A program made the translations under genes and the position numbers. From the NCBI GenBank assembly GCA_043744615.1, contig JAYTUJ010000030.1, forward strand, positions 1,329 through 65,328: a stretch of 64,000 nt of DNA, given 5' to 3'. Under the pieces are notes generated by a model. That model was not told where the DNA came from. It saw nothing but the letters and a program-made list of their open reading frames with translations, and did no database searches. Positions within the stretch are counted from its first letter, which is position 1. Each line of letters begins with the position of its first letter. Source of the stretch: a bacterium (GTDB lineage: Bacteria > Patescibacteriota > Minisyncoccia > Phycocordibacterales > CAIRYW01). Positions 36,979 to 47,729 of the stretch are shown here, piece after piece.

Positions 36979-38733
36979 ATGTACATTGAGCAAAAACAAC
37001 TCATCGATTTTATTATTGATTCCGGACTCTCGTCTCGGTCAGATATAGATGAATCACTTAAAGAATCTTTGGTAACTAAAGTTCCTTTTGAAAACGTTCT
37101 TGTTAAAAAAGGAAAAATAACCGAAGAAGATTTACGTCGAATTCAGGCGTATATTGTTGGAGTATCTTTTATTGATTTAAAAGATCAAAAAATAGATTTT
37201 GAAGTTCTTACTTTAATTCCTGAACCGATTGCCCGTAAACATAACATTGTTGCGTTTAAAAAAACCACAGAGGCTCTTGAAGTTGCGATGCTCGATACTG
37301 AAGATTTGTCTGCTATTGATTTCGTAAAAAAGAAAGTAGGAATAAAAATTCTCCCTCGTCTTACTTCTGTAGAATCAATGAAGAGTGCTCTTTTGCAATA
37401 TCAAAAAAGTTTGAAAGCAGATTTTGGAGATCTCATTAAGCAGGAGTCAACACTTTTAACAGCAATTAAAGATAGTGATGGAAGCGAACCTCAAAGTGAA
37501 AGCGATCTTAAAAAAATTGCTGAAGATTTACCGGTAGTTCGAATTGTTGATACGCTCTTAAAACACGCCATTATTCAAGATTCTTCTGATATTCATATTG
37601 AACAAATGGAACATGAAGTTGTTGTTCGATATCGAATCGACGGAATGCTTCACGATGCGATGATTTTACCTAAAGAAGCTGGTGCATCTATTACTGCGCG
37701 TATTAAAGTGCTTGCGAGTTTAAAACTTGATGAAAAACGTTTGCCACAAGACGGACGATTTAAAATTGAACTAAACGGCGAACGAGTTGCGTTTCGAGTT
37801 TCTATTTTGCCAACATATTTTGGTGAAAAAACTGTAATGCGACTTTTGCGTGAAAACGTTTCTGGTTTTTCTTTAGAAAAATTAGGATTCCATGGTGAAG
37901 GCCTTGAACAAATTTATGCTGCAACTAAATTAACAACAGGAATGATTCTTGCAACAGGGCCAACTGGTTCTGGAAAAAGTACAACGCTGTATACTATTTT
38001 AGATATTGTAAATACTCCCGATGTAAATATTTCTACTATCGAAGACCCTGTTGAGTATCAAATGAAACGAGTAAACCAAACACAAGTAAAACCAGAAATT
38101 GGTTTTACGTTTGCCTCAGGTCTTCGTTCTTTGATGCGACAAGATCCAGACATTATTATGGTGGGAGAAATTCGAGATAATGAAACCGCTTCGCTCGGTA
38201 TCAACGCTGCGCTTACTGGTCACTTAGTGCTTTCAACATTGCACACAAACTCTGCTGCAGGTGCCATTCCTCGATTAATGGACATGCATGCAGAACCGTT
38301 TCTTTTGGTTTCTACATTGAGTGTAATAATTGGTCAACGACTGATTCGAAAACTTGCAGGAGTAAAAGAAAAATATTTTCTTACAAAAGATGAACTTGCT
38401 GTATTAGGCCGACATGCTGACCTTGATCGTATCCTTAGTTTATTAAAAATAGAAAAAATTGTTGATGAAGGTGCGACATGGGAAAAAATTTCTTTTTATA
38501 AACCAAAGCCTTCACCGGAATCTGAAGACGGATACAAATCTCGAACAGGTATTCATGAAGTGCTTCGTATGACACCAACAATTCGTAGTCTAATTATGAA
38601 AGGTGCAACTTCAGATGAAATTGAAATACAAGCAAAAAAAGAAGGAATGGTTACAATGTTTGAAGATGGAATTTTTCAAGCAGTTCAAGGAACAACTACT
38701 ATTGAAGAAGTGCTACGTGTTGTGTCAGAATAG
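36979..38733 (+). CDS. pilB: Type IV pilus assembly ATPase, PilB/GspE family
   Basis: SDIHIE, PQDGR, GPTGSGKSTT, TIEDPVE, RQDPDIIMVGEIRD, GHLVLSTLH motifs. Confidence 0.92.
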   Translation: MYIEQKQLIDFIIDSGLSSRSDIDESLKESLVTKVPFENVLVKKGKITEEDLRRIQAYIVGVSFIDLKDQKIDFEVLTLIPEPIARKHNIVAFKKTTEALEVAMLDTEDLSAIDFVKKKVGIKILPRLTSVESMKSALLQYQKSLKADFGDLIKQESTLLTAIKDSDGSEPQSESDLKKIAEDLPVVRIVDTLLKHAIIQDSSDIHIEQMEHEVVVRYRIDGMLHDAMILPKEAGASITARIKVLASLKLDEKRLPQDGRFKIELNGERVAFRVSILPTYFGEKTVMRLLRENVSGFSLEKLGFHGEGLEQIYAATKLTTGMILATGPTGSGKSTTLYTILDIVNTPDVNISTIEDPVEYQMKRVNQTQVKPEIGFTFASGLRSLMRQDPDIIMVGEIRDNETASLGINAALTGHLVLSTLHTNSAAGAIPRLMDMHAEPFLLVSTLSVIIGQRLIRKLAGVKEKYFLTKDELAVLGRHADLDRILSLLKIEKIVDEGATWEKISFYKPKPSPESEDGYKSRTGIHEVLRMTPTIRSLIMKGATSDEIEIQAKKEGMVTMFEDGIFQAVQGTTTIEEVLRVVSE

Positions 38734-38739
38734 TATTAT

Positions 38740-39948
38740 ATGAAATTCAACGTAAAAACTCGTACATCATCAGGAGAAGAAGTTGAATCTGTAAAAGAGG
38801 CTCAAGATAAGTATACTCTTTTTAAGGATGTAAAAAAAAATGGAGAAACTTTAATTTCTTTTAAAGCTGTTAAGGATGGTAGCTCATTTTTTTCTTTAAA
38901 ATTCAGTGGAGGAAAAGTAAAAGAACTTGAAAAAATAACATTTGCCCGAAATCTTGGTTCAATGCTTGAAGCAGGTCTTGCTCTTTCAAGAGGACTTACT
39001 GTTCTTGAAAAACAATCTAACAAAGCTTCTTTTAAAAAAGTCGTGATTGGACTTAACAATGCAATTAGCGAAGGAAAATCTTTCCATGAAGCTATTGAAA
39101 TGCATCCAACTGTTTTCCCTAAAATATTTTCTGCGATGGTAAAAGCGGGTGAAGAAAGTGGATCGCTTTCTGAATCACTTAAACTTGTTGCATATCAAAT
39201 GGAAAAGATATTTCTTTTGAAAAAGAAAATTAAGGGGGCAATGATTTATCCCGGAGTTGTTGTTTCTTTGATGATCGTGATTGCAATTTTGATGCTTATT
39301 TATGTGGTACCAAGCCTAACTGCTACGTTTAAAGAGCTCGGTGCAAAACTTCCGGCGAGTACTCAATTAATTATTGATGTCAGTGATTTTTTGAAAGAAC
39401 ACACAGTTATGGCTTTCGTTATTTTGTTTGGAGGAGGGTTTTCGTTTACGCGTTTAATTGCAACAAAAAAAGGACAAAGATTTTCAGATTGGTTTGTACT
39501 TCATATGCCACTTATTTCTGAAATGGCAAAACAAACAAATGCAGCACGAAGTACACGAACACTTTCGTCACTTATTAATTCTGGAGTAAGTATCGTACAA
39601 GCTTCAGAGATTGCTGCCGAGGTTGTGCAGAATTCATATTATCAAGAAGTTCTAAATAAAATTAGCGCACGAGTTGAAAAAGGGGAAACGCTTTCTTCGG
39701 TGTTTGAAGAATACCCACATTTATTTCCTGTCTTTGTGACCGAAATGGTAAGTGTAGGAGAAGAAACAGGAAAATTAGGGAGTATGCTTTTGGGTGTTGC
39801 TACATACTACGAAAACGAAGTTGAGCAAAAAACAAAAGACCTCTCAACTATTATTGAACCGTTGTTGATGATTTTAATTGGTCTTGGTGTAGGATTTTTT
39901 GCGATCTCGATGATTACTCCAACGTATACTGTATTGAATAATATTTAA
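38740..39948 (+). CDS. pilC: Type IV pilus platform protein, PilC/GspF family
   Basis: Two T2SSF repeats (GEESGSL...YP, GEETGKL...EP). Confidence 0.92.
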   Translation: MKFNVKTRTSSGEEVESVKEAQDKYTLFKDVKKNGETLISFKAVKDGSSFFSLKFSGGKVKELEKITFARNLGSMLEAGLALSRGLTVLEKQSNKASFKKVVIGLNNAISEGKSFHEAIEMHPTVFPKIFSAMVKAGEESGSLSESLKLVAYQMEKIFLLKKKIKGAMIYPGVVVSLMIVIAILMLIYVVPSLTATFKELGAKLPASTQLIIDVSDFLKEHTVMAFVILFGGGFSFTRLIATKKGQRFSDWFVLHMPLISEMAKQTNAARSTRTLSSLINSGVSIVQASEIAAEVVQNSYYQEVLNKISARVEKGETLSSVFEEYPHLFPVFVTEMVSVGEETGKLGSMLLGVATYYENEVEQKTKDLSTIIEPLLMILIGLGVGFFAISMITPTYTVLNNI

Positions 39949-39959
39949 TAAATTAATTT

Positions 39960-40742
39960 ATGTTTATAATTGCAAACTGGAAGACAAATCCTCAAACCAC
40001 ATCGGACGCACTGACACTGGTTTCTTCTTTAAAAAAGAATTTAAAAAAAATATCTATCCCAACAAAACATTCTGTTATTGTTTGTCCACCACACACATTT
40101 TTGTCAGCAGTATCAAAGTCTATTTTAAAAAGTCGAATCAAACTCGGCGCACAAGATATAAGTGAATTTACAGAAGGTGCTCATACAGGTAGTGTAACTG
40201 CTCGAATGATAAAAGATGCGGGAGCGCAATATTGCATTGTCGGTCATTCTGAAAGAAGAAAAGCAGGAGAAACTAATATTCAAGTTGCCGAAAAAATTAA
40301 AAGATGTCTCGAATTAAAAATCACTCCGATTGTTTGTATCGGTGAATGGGAGCGTGATGAACAAGGTGTATATCTTTCGGTGCTTACAAAACAATTTGAA
40401 GAAAGCTTTTTACAAATAAGTAAACAAGATTTTGAAAAAATTATTATTGCCTATGAGCCGGTGTGGGCTATTAGTACTTCACAAACAATGGCCCCAACTG
40501 GTCATAAGACTTCAATGGATACACATACGATTCATGAAACCGTTTTATTTTTACGAAAAATAATTGCCGAGAAATTTAAAATCAATTCTTTGAAATCAGT
40601 TCCTATTTTATATGGGGGTTCAGTTGATTGTCATAATGCTCAAGATATTGTTAAAAACGGCCATGTTCAAGGCTTACTTGTCGGCAAAGCAAGTTTGAAT
40701 GCAGAAGAATTTTCCCAGCTGGTCAAAAATGTTCTAGAATAG
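39960..40742 (+). CDS. tpiA: Triosephosphate isomerase
   Basis: ANWK, GHSERR, AYEPVWAI, LYGGSV motifs. Confidence 0.95.
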   Translation: MFIIANWKTNPQTTSDALTLVSSLKKNLKKISIPTKHSVIVCPPHTFLSAVSKSILKSRIKLGAQDISEFTEGAHTGSVTARMIKDAGAQYCIVGHSERRKAGETNIQVAEKIKRCLELKITPIVCIGEWERDEQGVYLSVLTKQFEESFLQISKQDFEKIIIAYEPVWAISTSQTMAPTGHKTSMDTHTIHETVLFLRKIIAEKFKINSLKSVPILYGGSVDCHNAQDIVKNGHVQGLLVGKASLNAEEFSQLVKNVLE

Positions 40743-40746
40743 GTGA

Positions 40747-41907
40747 ATGGCTCAATCAAATACGTCTGCACAAATTTCATATTTAAACGAAGAAACCAAT
40801 TTAAAAGGTAAGCATGTTTTATTACGGGTTGATTTTAACGTTCCTATTATTGATGGCATTATCCAAAATGATTTTAGAATTCGACAAGAAATTCCAACAA
40901 TTGAATTATTGCAATCAAAGGGTGCAAAAATTATTTTGATTAGCCATTTGACTGATAAAAATAATGTAACGCTCGAGCCGGTGGCTCGAGCGCTCGTTGC
41001 AAAGTTTCCTCGCCTTTATTTTATTACTGATATTTTTGATAAAAAATCACACGATATTGTTGATGCGATGAAAGAAGGGGATATTGTCCTTTTTGAAAAT
41101 CTTCGACAATGGCCTGGAGAAGAATCAAACAGTGAAACCTTTGCAGACAATCTTGCTTCTTTTGCAGATGTGTTTGTTAACGATGCTTTTGCAGTTTCTC
41201 ACCGACCACACGCCTCGATTGTAGGTTTACCAAAACGATTACCTTCGTACTGTGGACCTCTTTTGGAAACTGAAATTAAAGAACTTTCAAAAGTATTTTC
41301 ACCAAAACATCCATTTTTATTTATTCTTGGTGGTGCAAAATTTGAAACAAAACTTCCACTTATTCAAAAATATTTAAAGACAGCAGACAATGTTTTTGTC
41401 GGTGGCGCTCTTGCACACGATATTTTTAAAACACGTGATTTATTTGTTGGTGATTCTTTAGTTGCTGATAAACCAATTGATTTGTCAGAAATTTCAAAAG
41501 ATTCTAAATTAATTGTTCCCGTTGACGTAGTTGTTCGACATAAAGGAATTCTAGAAACAAAAACACCCCAAACAATTTCAGTTGGAGATAATATTATTGA
41601 TGCTGGGCCCAAAACACTTTCTGAATTAAAAAAATTGATAGATCAAGCCGAATTTATTTTGTGGAACGGACCCATTGGTATGTATATTGGTGGTTTCAAA
41701 CAAGGTACTCTAGAACTTGCACAAATGATTGCACAAAGAACTTCTGAAGGAGGATCGATGTCTATTATTGGAGGAGGAGACACCTTAGCTTCGATTGATG
41801 AACTTGGAATTGAAAATAAATTTTCTTTTGTTTCAACAGGAGGCGGAGCAATGCTTGATTTTTTAGCAGATGAAACACTTGTCGGAATTGACGCTTTAAA
41901 AAAATAA
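40747..41907 (+). CDS. pgk: Phosphoglycerate kinase
   Basis: RVDFNVP, NDAFAVSHR, WNGP.G, GGGDT, VSTGGGA motifs. Confidence 0.95.
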   Translation: MAQSNTSAQISYLNEETNLKGKHVLLRVDFNVPIIDGIIQNDFRIRQEIPTIELLQSKGAKIILISHLTDKNNVTLEPVARALVAKFPRLYFITDIFDKKSHDIVDAMKEGDIVLFENLRQWPGEESNSETFADNLASFADVFVNDAFAVSHRPHASIVGLPKRLPSYCGPLLETEIKELSKVFSPKHPFLFILGGAKFETKLPLIQKYLKTADNVFVGGALAHDIFKTRDLFVGDSLVADKPIDLSEISKDSKLIVPVDVVVRHKGILETKTPQTISVGDNIIDAGPKTLSELKKLIDQAEFILWNGPIGMYIGGFKQGTLELAQMIAQRTSEGGSMSIIGGGDTLASIDELGIENKFSFVSTGGGAMLDFLADETLVGIDALKK

Positions 41908-41935
41908 AACATAATTTTTTGCAGGTAATATATTT

Positions 41936-43669
41936 ATGGAATTAAATATTCGAACATCTTTGACTTCAACAGAGTCAGAACCTTTTGGTCAACTTCACGA
42001 GCTTGTTGCGAAGCTTCTTTTTTATCGTGATATAAAAACAAAAGATGATGCCGACATTTTTATTAATCCAAATTATGATGTGCATGTCCACGATCCTTTT
42101 TTAATGAAGGACATGCAAAAAACAGTTGTACGAATTTTTGATGCAATGGCGCGACAACAAAAAATTGTTGTGTACGGCGATTACGATGCTGATGGAATTC
42201 CGGCGTCAGTAATTCTTCATGATTATTTTAAAAAAGTCGGATATAAAAACTTTTCTGTGTATATTCCGCATCGAGATAATGAAGGTTTTGGTTTACACAT
42301 TGATGCAATAAATACACTTCATGCAGAAGAAGCAAAATTAATTATCACGGTTGATTGCGGGATTACAAATGTGAAAGAAGTTTTGCATGCAGAAAAACTT
42401 GGTATCGATGTAATTATTACCGATCACCATTTACCTCACGGAGAACTTCCTCCAGCGTATGCAATTTTAAATCCAAAACAAATTGGATGTGGATATCCAT
42501 ACAAAATGTTATGTGGTTCTGGCGTCGCATTTAAACTGGTGCAAGCACTTGCGAAATATCAGGATACAATAGACGAATCAAATTTTCCTAAAGATTTTAT
42601 AAAACTTCCCGTCGGCTTTGAAAAATGGTCTCTTGATTTAGCAGGTCTCGCGACTATTGCCGACATGGTTCCGTTACAAGGAGAGAACAGAGCTTTGGCA
42701 TATTATGGTTTACAAGTGATGCGAAAAACTCGTCGACTTGGTTTGCAAGTATTGTTTAAAAAATTGTCGGTTAATCAACAAAATATAACTGAAGACGATA
42801 TTTCATTTACTGTTGTTCCACGAATTAATGCCGCATCACGAATGGGAAATCCATACGAAGCATTTAAATTACTTTCAACCACTGACTTTGAAGAAGCTCG
42901 TGAGGTTGTTGCTCATTTAGAAAAAATAAACAAAGAACGAAAAGGTGTTGTTGGTTCAATTGTTAAAGACGCAAAAGCTCGACTCAATAAACGTGACCTT
43001 GAAGATAAACCAGTTATTGTTATCGGTAATCCTGATTGGAAACCCGCACTTCTCGGACTTGTTGCAACGTCCTTAGTAAAAGATTATTCGCGCCCTGTCT
43101 TTTTATGGGGACGTGATGGAAAAAACAAAATCAAAGGATCATGTCGTTCTGATAAAACTGTTAATCTTGTTTCACTTCTTGAAGCGATGCCGGCTGATGC
43201 CCTTCTCGAGTTCGGGGGTCACGGACCAACCGGAGGTTTTTCTGTTTCAGATGATGCAATTCATACATTTGAAGAAAATTTAATAAAAGTATACCAAGAA
43301 TCATTGGTTGCAGATTCTGTGAAACATGGTTCCGTAGAAATTGATGCAGAACTTTCTCCGCGTGATGTTACGTTAAATTTTTATAATCATCTTTCTAAAC
43401 TCGCACCATTTGGTGAAGAAAATAAAAAACCATTATTTCTTTTTAGAGATGTCTTTGTTGAACAAACAAAACAATTTGGTCAGACAAAAAACCATGCCGA
43501 AATAATTCTCTCAAAAGACGGGCGACGCCTTAAAGCAATAGAATTTTTCTCGGACAGACTAGAAACACTTGCTGAATTTAACGGTAAAACAATTTCTATA
43601 ATTGGTCATATTGAAAAAGACTTTTTTCCACAAAATAGCTTTCGGTTAAGAATTGTTGATATACTGTAA
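41936..43669 (+). CDS. recJ: Single-stranded DNA exonuclease RecJ
   Basis: YGDYDADG, TVDCG, TDHH, TIADMVPL, PRINA, FGGH motifs. Confidence 0.95.
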   Translation: MELNIRTSLTSTESEPFGQLHELVAKLLFYRDIKTKDDADIFINPNYDVHVHDPFLMKDMQKTVVRIFDAMARQQKIVVYGDYDADGIPASVILHDYFKKVGYKNFSVYIPHRDNEGFGLHIDAINTLHAEEAKLIITVDCGITNVKEVLHAEKLGIDVIITDHHLPHGELPPAYAILNPKQIGCGYPYKMLCGSGVAFKLVQALAKYQDTIDESNFPKDFIKLPVGFEKWSLDLAGLATIADMVPLQGENRALAYYGLQVMRKTRRLGLQVLFKKLSVNQQNITEDDISFTVVPRINAASRMGNPYEAFKLLSTTDFEEAREVVAHLEKINKERKGVVGSIVKDAKARLNKRDLEDKPVIVIGNPDWKPALLGLVATSLVKDYSRPVFLWGRDGKNKIKGSCRSDKTVNLVSLLEAMPADALLEFGGHGPTGGFSVSDDAIHTFEENLIKVYQESLVADSVKHGSVEIDAELSPRDVTLNFYNHLSKLAPFGEENKKPLFLFRDVFVEQTKQFGQTKNHAEIILSKDGRRLKAIEFFSDRLETLAEFNGKTISIIGHIEKDFFPQNSFRLRIVDIL

Positions 43670-43672
43670 TTC

Positions 43673-44500
43673 ATGGATACGCTCAGTTTGTTTCACAAAG
43701 AAAGTTACACAGTATTTACTGACGGGTCTTCTCGAGGTAACCCAGGTCCGGGGGGCTTTGCGGCAATCGTTATATTACAGCGTATTTCGAATGTGTACTC
43801 ATCTTGTGAAACATATGTTTCAGAAATCGGGGGATTTGAGCCGAATACTACGAATAACAGAATGGAGCTCAGTGCAGTCATAAAGGGGATTGCATATATT
43901 CTTCAAGATATAGAGTCAAAAAAAGTTTCTTCAGATGATATTCCTGTAAACATATACCTCGATTCTGCATATGTACTTAATGGAGCTACAAAATGGATAT
44001 ATGGATGGCAAAAGAATAACTGGGTAACATCACAAAAAACTTCTGTTGAAAATCAAGATTTATGGAAAGAACTTGTTGAAGCTTTGGTTATAGTCAAAGA
44101 CAAGAATATAAAAATTACATGGACAAAAGTTAAAGGTCACAACGGTGTTATTTTAAATGAACGATGCGATGAGATTGCTACAAGTTTTGCAACGAAAGAA
44201 AATATTGTGTTATACACTGGTAAACTTGAAACATATCGCATAAAGATTACTACAGAAGAAATTAATAATGGAACTTTTTTAAATACTACACAAAGCACAA
44301 GTTCTATTAAAAAGTCTTCATCAAAAAATAAACCAGCCTACTCGTATATCAGTTTAGTAGATAAAAAAGTCTACATAGACCATTCTTGGATTGATTGTGA
44401 AAAAAGAGTCAAAGGTAAGTCGGGTGTGAAATTTAAAAAGTCTTTAAATGCTGAGGACGAGCAAAATATTATAGCGGACTTTAAAAAGTTTTTAAACTAA
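43673..44500 (+). CDS. rnhA: Ribonuclease HI with C-terminal viroplasmin-like domain
   Basis: TDGSSRGNPGPGG, TNNRMEL, DSAY, KGH, NERCD; C-terminal W..C..RVKG.SG.KFKK. Confidence 0.9.
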   Translation: MDTLSLFHKESYTVFTDGSSRGNPGPGGFAAIVILQRISNVYSSCETYVSEIGGFEPNTTNNRMELSAVIKGIAYILQDIESKKVSSDDIPVNIYLDSAYVLNGATKWIYGWQKNNWVTSQKTSVENQDLWKELVEALVIVKDKNIKITWTKVKGHNGVILNERCDEIATSFATKENIVLYTGKLETYRIKITTEEINNGTFLNTTQSTSSIKKSSSKNKPAYSYISLVDKKVYIDHSWIDCEKRVKGKSGVKFKKSLNAEDEQNIIADFKKFLN

Positions 44501-44539
44501 ATTCAGTTTTTCTTTAGTTCTCTAGTGTAGGTTGTATAC

Positions 44540-46039
44540 ATGCGCACGTATGCGCTTTACATTATTACAATTGGTTTTTTATTAGGTGATATTTTTTCAC
44601 TTTTATTAAATCTTGAGACTCGTATTTTTGCGATAGTTGTTTTCTGTTGTGCAACTATTTTTTTGAATTTAAAAATAACCGGATATAAAAATTTAAGTTC
44701 TTACTATTTTTCCCTCGCTATAGTTTTAGTTTTTTTCTTTGGTATGTATCGTGGGCAAGTTGCACTTTTTTATATTGATCACAATTCTCTTTCTTCATAC
44801 ATTTCAGAACATAAAAATAAAAACATTTTAATCGAAGGACAGATAGTCACCGACCCAGTGACGATTGAAAATAAAACAAGTTATGTTCTTGAGATATCCT
44901 CAGTTGAACACCAGACGTTGCAAAATAAAATTAAGGCGAAAATTTCACAAAGATTTTATTTCGATAAAGATTTAAAGATAGACGATGTTGTGAGTGTTGA
45001 AGGAACATTACAAACCGTTAAAAATTTTAAAACAAAAAATGGTAGAGAATTTGAATATCAAAAGTTTTTAGCGTCAACAAATATTTTTTATCAGTTTAAA
45101 GTTTCACAAATTATTTCACAAAAAATAATATATACATTACAAAAAAGTATTGTCGATTTTAAACATGAATTTATAATAAGATTTTTTACGTATCTTCCGT
45201 ATCACGAAGCTGTTCTTATGTCGGGTCTTTTGGTTTCCGGAAAAAGTATGTTTCCGAGTTATTTAGTTACTCAGTTTCAAAAAGCTGGGCTGATACATAT
45301 CGTTGTTCTTTCAGGTTTTAATGTTTCAATCGTTATTGGTACTGCGATGTTTATTTTTTTTCGAATTCCTTTTGTCCGCAGATGGCAGGTTTTGTTTTTA
45401 GGCATCCTTTCAATTTATTTTTTTGTTCTTATGGTTGGCAGTGACCCTCCCGTTTTGCGAGCGGCTTTTATGAGTTTTTTTGCTTTGCTCGCTCGACTTT
45501 TATATCGAAAGAATTTAGTTTCCCGAACATTACTTTTTTCTGTGTTGTGTATATCAGTGTTGTATCCATTAATGCCAATATACAACCCATCATTTTTATT
45601 GAGTGTAATCGCAACTGCTGGAGTTATTCATTTTTCACCTTTATTTTTAGATGTATTTTATTTTTTACCTCAAAAGTTTGCGGTACGTGATTTTATTAGT
45701 GCAACAATCGGCACTCAAATTTTTGTTTTACCTTTTTTATTGTATTTAACAGGTAATTTTTCGCTTATTTCTTTTTTGGTTAATATTATTGTCTTACCTT
45801 TTGTACCCATTATTATGTTGCTTGGGGTGATATTATTTATCTTTTCTTATATAAGTGTATATGTGTCGGTTATGATTGCTATCTTTTCTCATACACTCAT
45901 CGCAGGTCTTTTTTGGATTGTAGAACATGCTTCAAATCTAAGTATCTCTACGATTCCAATACAAATGCCAATAGTAACAATGTTTTTTTGGTACATTGTC
46001 TTTTTGACACTGATTTTTTTAAAAAGAGATATTAGATAA
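44540..46039 (+). CDS. comEC: Competence protein ComEC (OB and Competence domains, no MBL domain)
   Basis: GLIHIVVLSGFNV, PPVLRAAFM, SFLLSV motifs and many TMs. Confidence 0.88.
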   Translation: MRTYALYIITIGFLLGDIFSLLLNLETRIFAIVVFCCATIFLNLKITGYKNLSSYYFSLAIVLVFFFGMYRGQVALFYIDHNSLSSYISEHKNKNILIEGQIVTDPVTIENKTSYVLEISSVEHQTLQNKIKAKISQRFYFDKDLKIDDVVSVEGTLQTVKNFKTKNGREFEYQKFLASTNIFYQFKVSQIISQKIIYTLQKSIVDFKHEFIIRFFTYLPYHEAVLMSGLLVSGKSMFPSYLVTQFQKAGLIHIVVLSGFNVSIVIGTAMFIFFRIPFVRRWQVLFLGILSIYFFVLMVGSDPPVLRAAFMSFFALLARLLYRKNLVSRTLLFSVLCISVLYPLMPIYNPSFLLSVIATAGVIHFSPLFLDVFYFLPQKFAVRDFISATIGTQIFVLPFLLYLTGNFSLISFLVNIIVLPFVPIIMLLGVILFIFSYISVYVSVMIAIFSHTLIAGLFWIVEHASNLSISTIPIQMPIVTMFFWYIVFLTLIFLKRDIR

Positions 46040-46619
46040 ATCTTTTTTCGACAACCTTCCAATTTGTATTAGCGAGGTAAGCGTCAATATATTTTTTCTT
46101 TTCAGAAGGAAGGTAATCAAGCATGTATGAATGCTCCCACATATCGATACCGTATAAAAATACGAGTCCATTGAGGTGTCCAAGATGTTGTTCGTCTACC
46201 CATGTTTGTACAAGAACATCTTGTTTTGGATCGTAGCAAAGTATTGCCCAGCCAATTCCTCGGGTCATTGCGATCGACTTAAATCGATTCATCCACGCAT
46301 CAAAATTACCCCATGTGTCAGAAATTCTTTTGTATAGATTACTCGATGAATCAATAGGTGTAGGTCCATGCTCAAGTTGTTCAAAATAATATTCATGATT
46401 TCGCATTCCATCAAATTCAAAACCAAATCTTCTTTGAATTTCAGATATCGCATATGCATTTTTTTCGGCATCTTCAGGAGTTTGAGAATACTCTTTGATT
46501 TTTTCTTGAATAAGGTTTGCATGTTTTACATAACCAGCATATAGCTTTAGGTGCTCATCTATTGTTTTTTGAGATATGCCAACAAGTGCTAGAATAATAA
46601 ACTTTTTTTCTGGAAACAT
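46032..46619 (-). CDS. sod: Fe/Mn superoxide dismutase family protein
   Basis: H..LY.GYV, NHEYYF, DMWEHSY metal-ligand motifs. Confidence 0.88.
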   Translation of the reverse strand: MFPEKKFIILALVGISQKTIDEHLKLYAGYVKHANLIQEKIKEYSQTPEDAEKNAYAISEIQRRFGFEFDGMRNHEYYFEQLEHGPTPIDSSSNLYKRISDTWGNFDAWMNRFKSIAMTRGIGWAILCYDPKQDVLVQTWVDEQHLGHLNGLVFLYGIDMWEHSYMLDYLPSEKKKYIDAYLANTNWKVVEKRFI

Positions 46620-46700
46620 ATATTTTAATTTAGGAAATAATTTAATCTTTTTGTATATATAGTATATCTCATATTGCTATAACCTAAGAGGTGTCTTTTT

Positions 46701-47420
46701 ATGATAAAACAGCTAACTTTTTATATTAAATGTATTTCCGGCTTTTGTTTGCTGGGTATTTTAGCATTATATGCTTTTAATCAATATCAAAACTATCAAC
46801 TTAAAAACGATCCTTTTAAGGCACTTTTCTTTTTAAAACACGGCTCAGCATCTTTTTATATAGAAGATACTTTCAAAAATATATTTATATCTTTTTCAGA
46901 TTCAATACCAGATGAGGTTCGTGTTTTTATGCCTCTTTTTAAAAAACAAATTAATTCGTATGTTGTGTTTAAAACAGTGAACAAAAAATTAGATAATCTA
47001 GGATGTTTTAAACCACAAGAAATTACACAAAGACTTATTTCTTTTGATAAAACAGAATGTTTTTTTTCAGGGATATTTTCTCTGCGTTCAAAAGTGTATA
47101 AAGATCAGACATTGCAAACATATTTTAGTAAGGATTCTATCTTTTTTAAACAAAACAAAACATTGTACATATTTAATTATTTTCTTTTTAAAAAAGAAAA
47201 TGTTTCGATTGCTTTTTTACCATTAACTAATTCACAAATTAAAAAGAATGAAAATATTTTAATATCAAATAAAAAGTTATACGGCACCGCGTGTATTTTT
47301 ACAAAACAAAAACTTTTTATGTTTGATCCTTTAACACAAAGTTATAAACAAAAAATGGTTTCCGATGTTATCGGAAACCATCAATTTGTTGACCTTACAG
47401 ATATTTGTTTACTTAATTAA
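46701..47420 (+). CDS. Divergent ComEC-type MBL-fold protein, probably decayed
   Basis: N-terminal TM then faint similarity to the ComEC MBL start (FFLKHGSASFYIE...MPLFKKQIN); no HxHxDH motif; extremely AT-rich. Confidence 0.4.
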   Translation: MIKQLTFYIKCISGFCLLGILALYAFNQYQNYQLKNDPFKALFFLKHGSASFYIEDTFKNIFISFSDSIPDEVRVFMPLFKKQINSYVVFKTVNKKLDNLGCFKPQEITQRLISFDKTECFFSGIFSLRSKVYKDQTLQTYFSKDSIFFKQNKTLYIFNYFLFKKENVSIAFLPLTNSQIKKNENILISNKKLYGTACIFTKQKLFMFDPLTQSYKQKMVSDVIGNHQFVDLTDICLLN

Positions 47421-47654
47421 ACCAGCTTTTTTGAGAGTTATGTAAGCGCCGTTTTTGTTGATAGTTTTGATTCCTCGTGCGGTAACTTCGATAGCAATTG
47501 ATTTTTTAAGTTCAGGAACATACACTCGCTTCTTTTGAAGGTTTGGGTATTTTCGTTTTGTTCCGGTAGGGTTAAACTGAGTTGCTCGAGTTCGGTTTGA
47601 GTAACCCCCCATTACAATTGATGTTTTTTTAGTGATTGGACAAACTTTAGCCAT
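47409..47654 (-). CDS. rpmB: 50S ribosomal protein L28
   Basis: MAKVCPITKK...TKRKYPNLQKKR pattern. Confidence 0.9.
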   Translation of the reverse strand: MAKVCPITKKTSIVMGGYSNRTRATQFNPTGTKRKYPNLQKKRVYVPELKKSIAIEVTARGIKTINKNGAYITLKKAGLIK

Positions 47655-47729
47655 ATAATTTACGAATCTATGTCGGCTCAATATACCATAGTGTTATTTT
47701 TTTGCAAATAACGGTATACTATTATTTAC

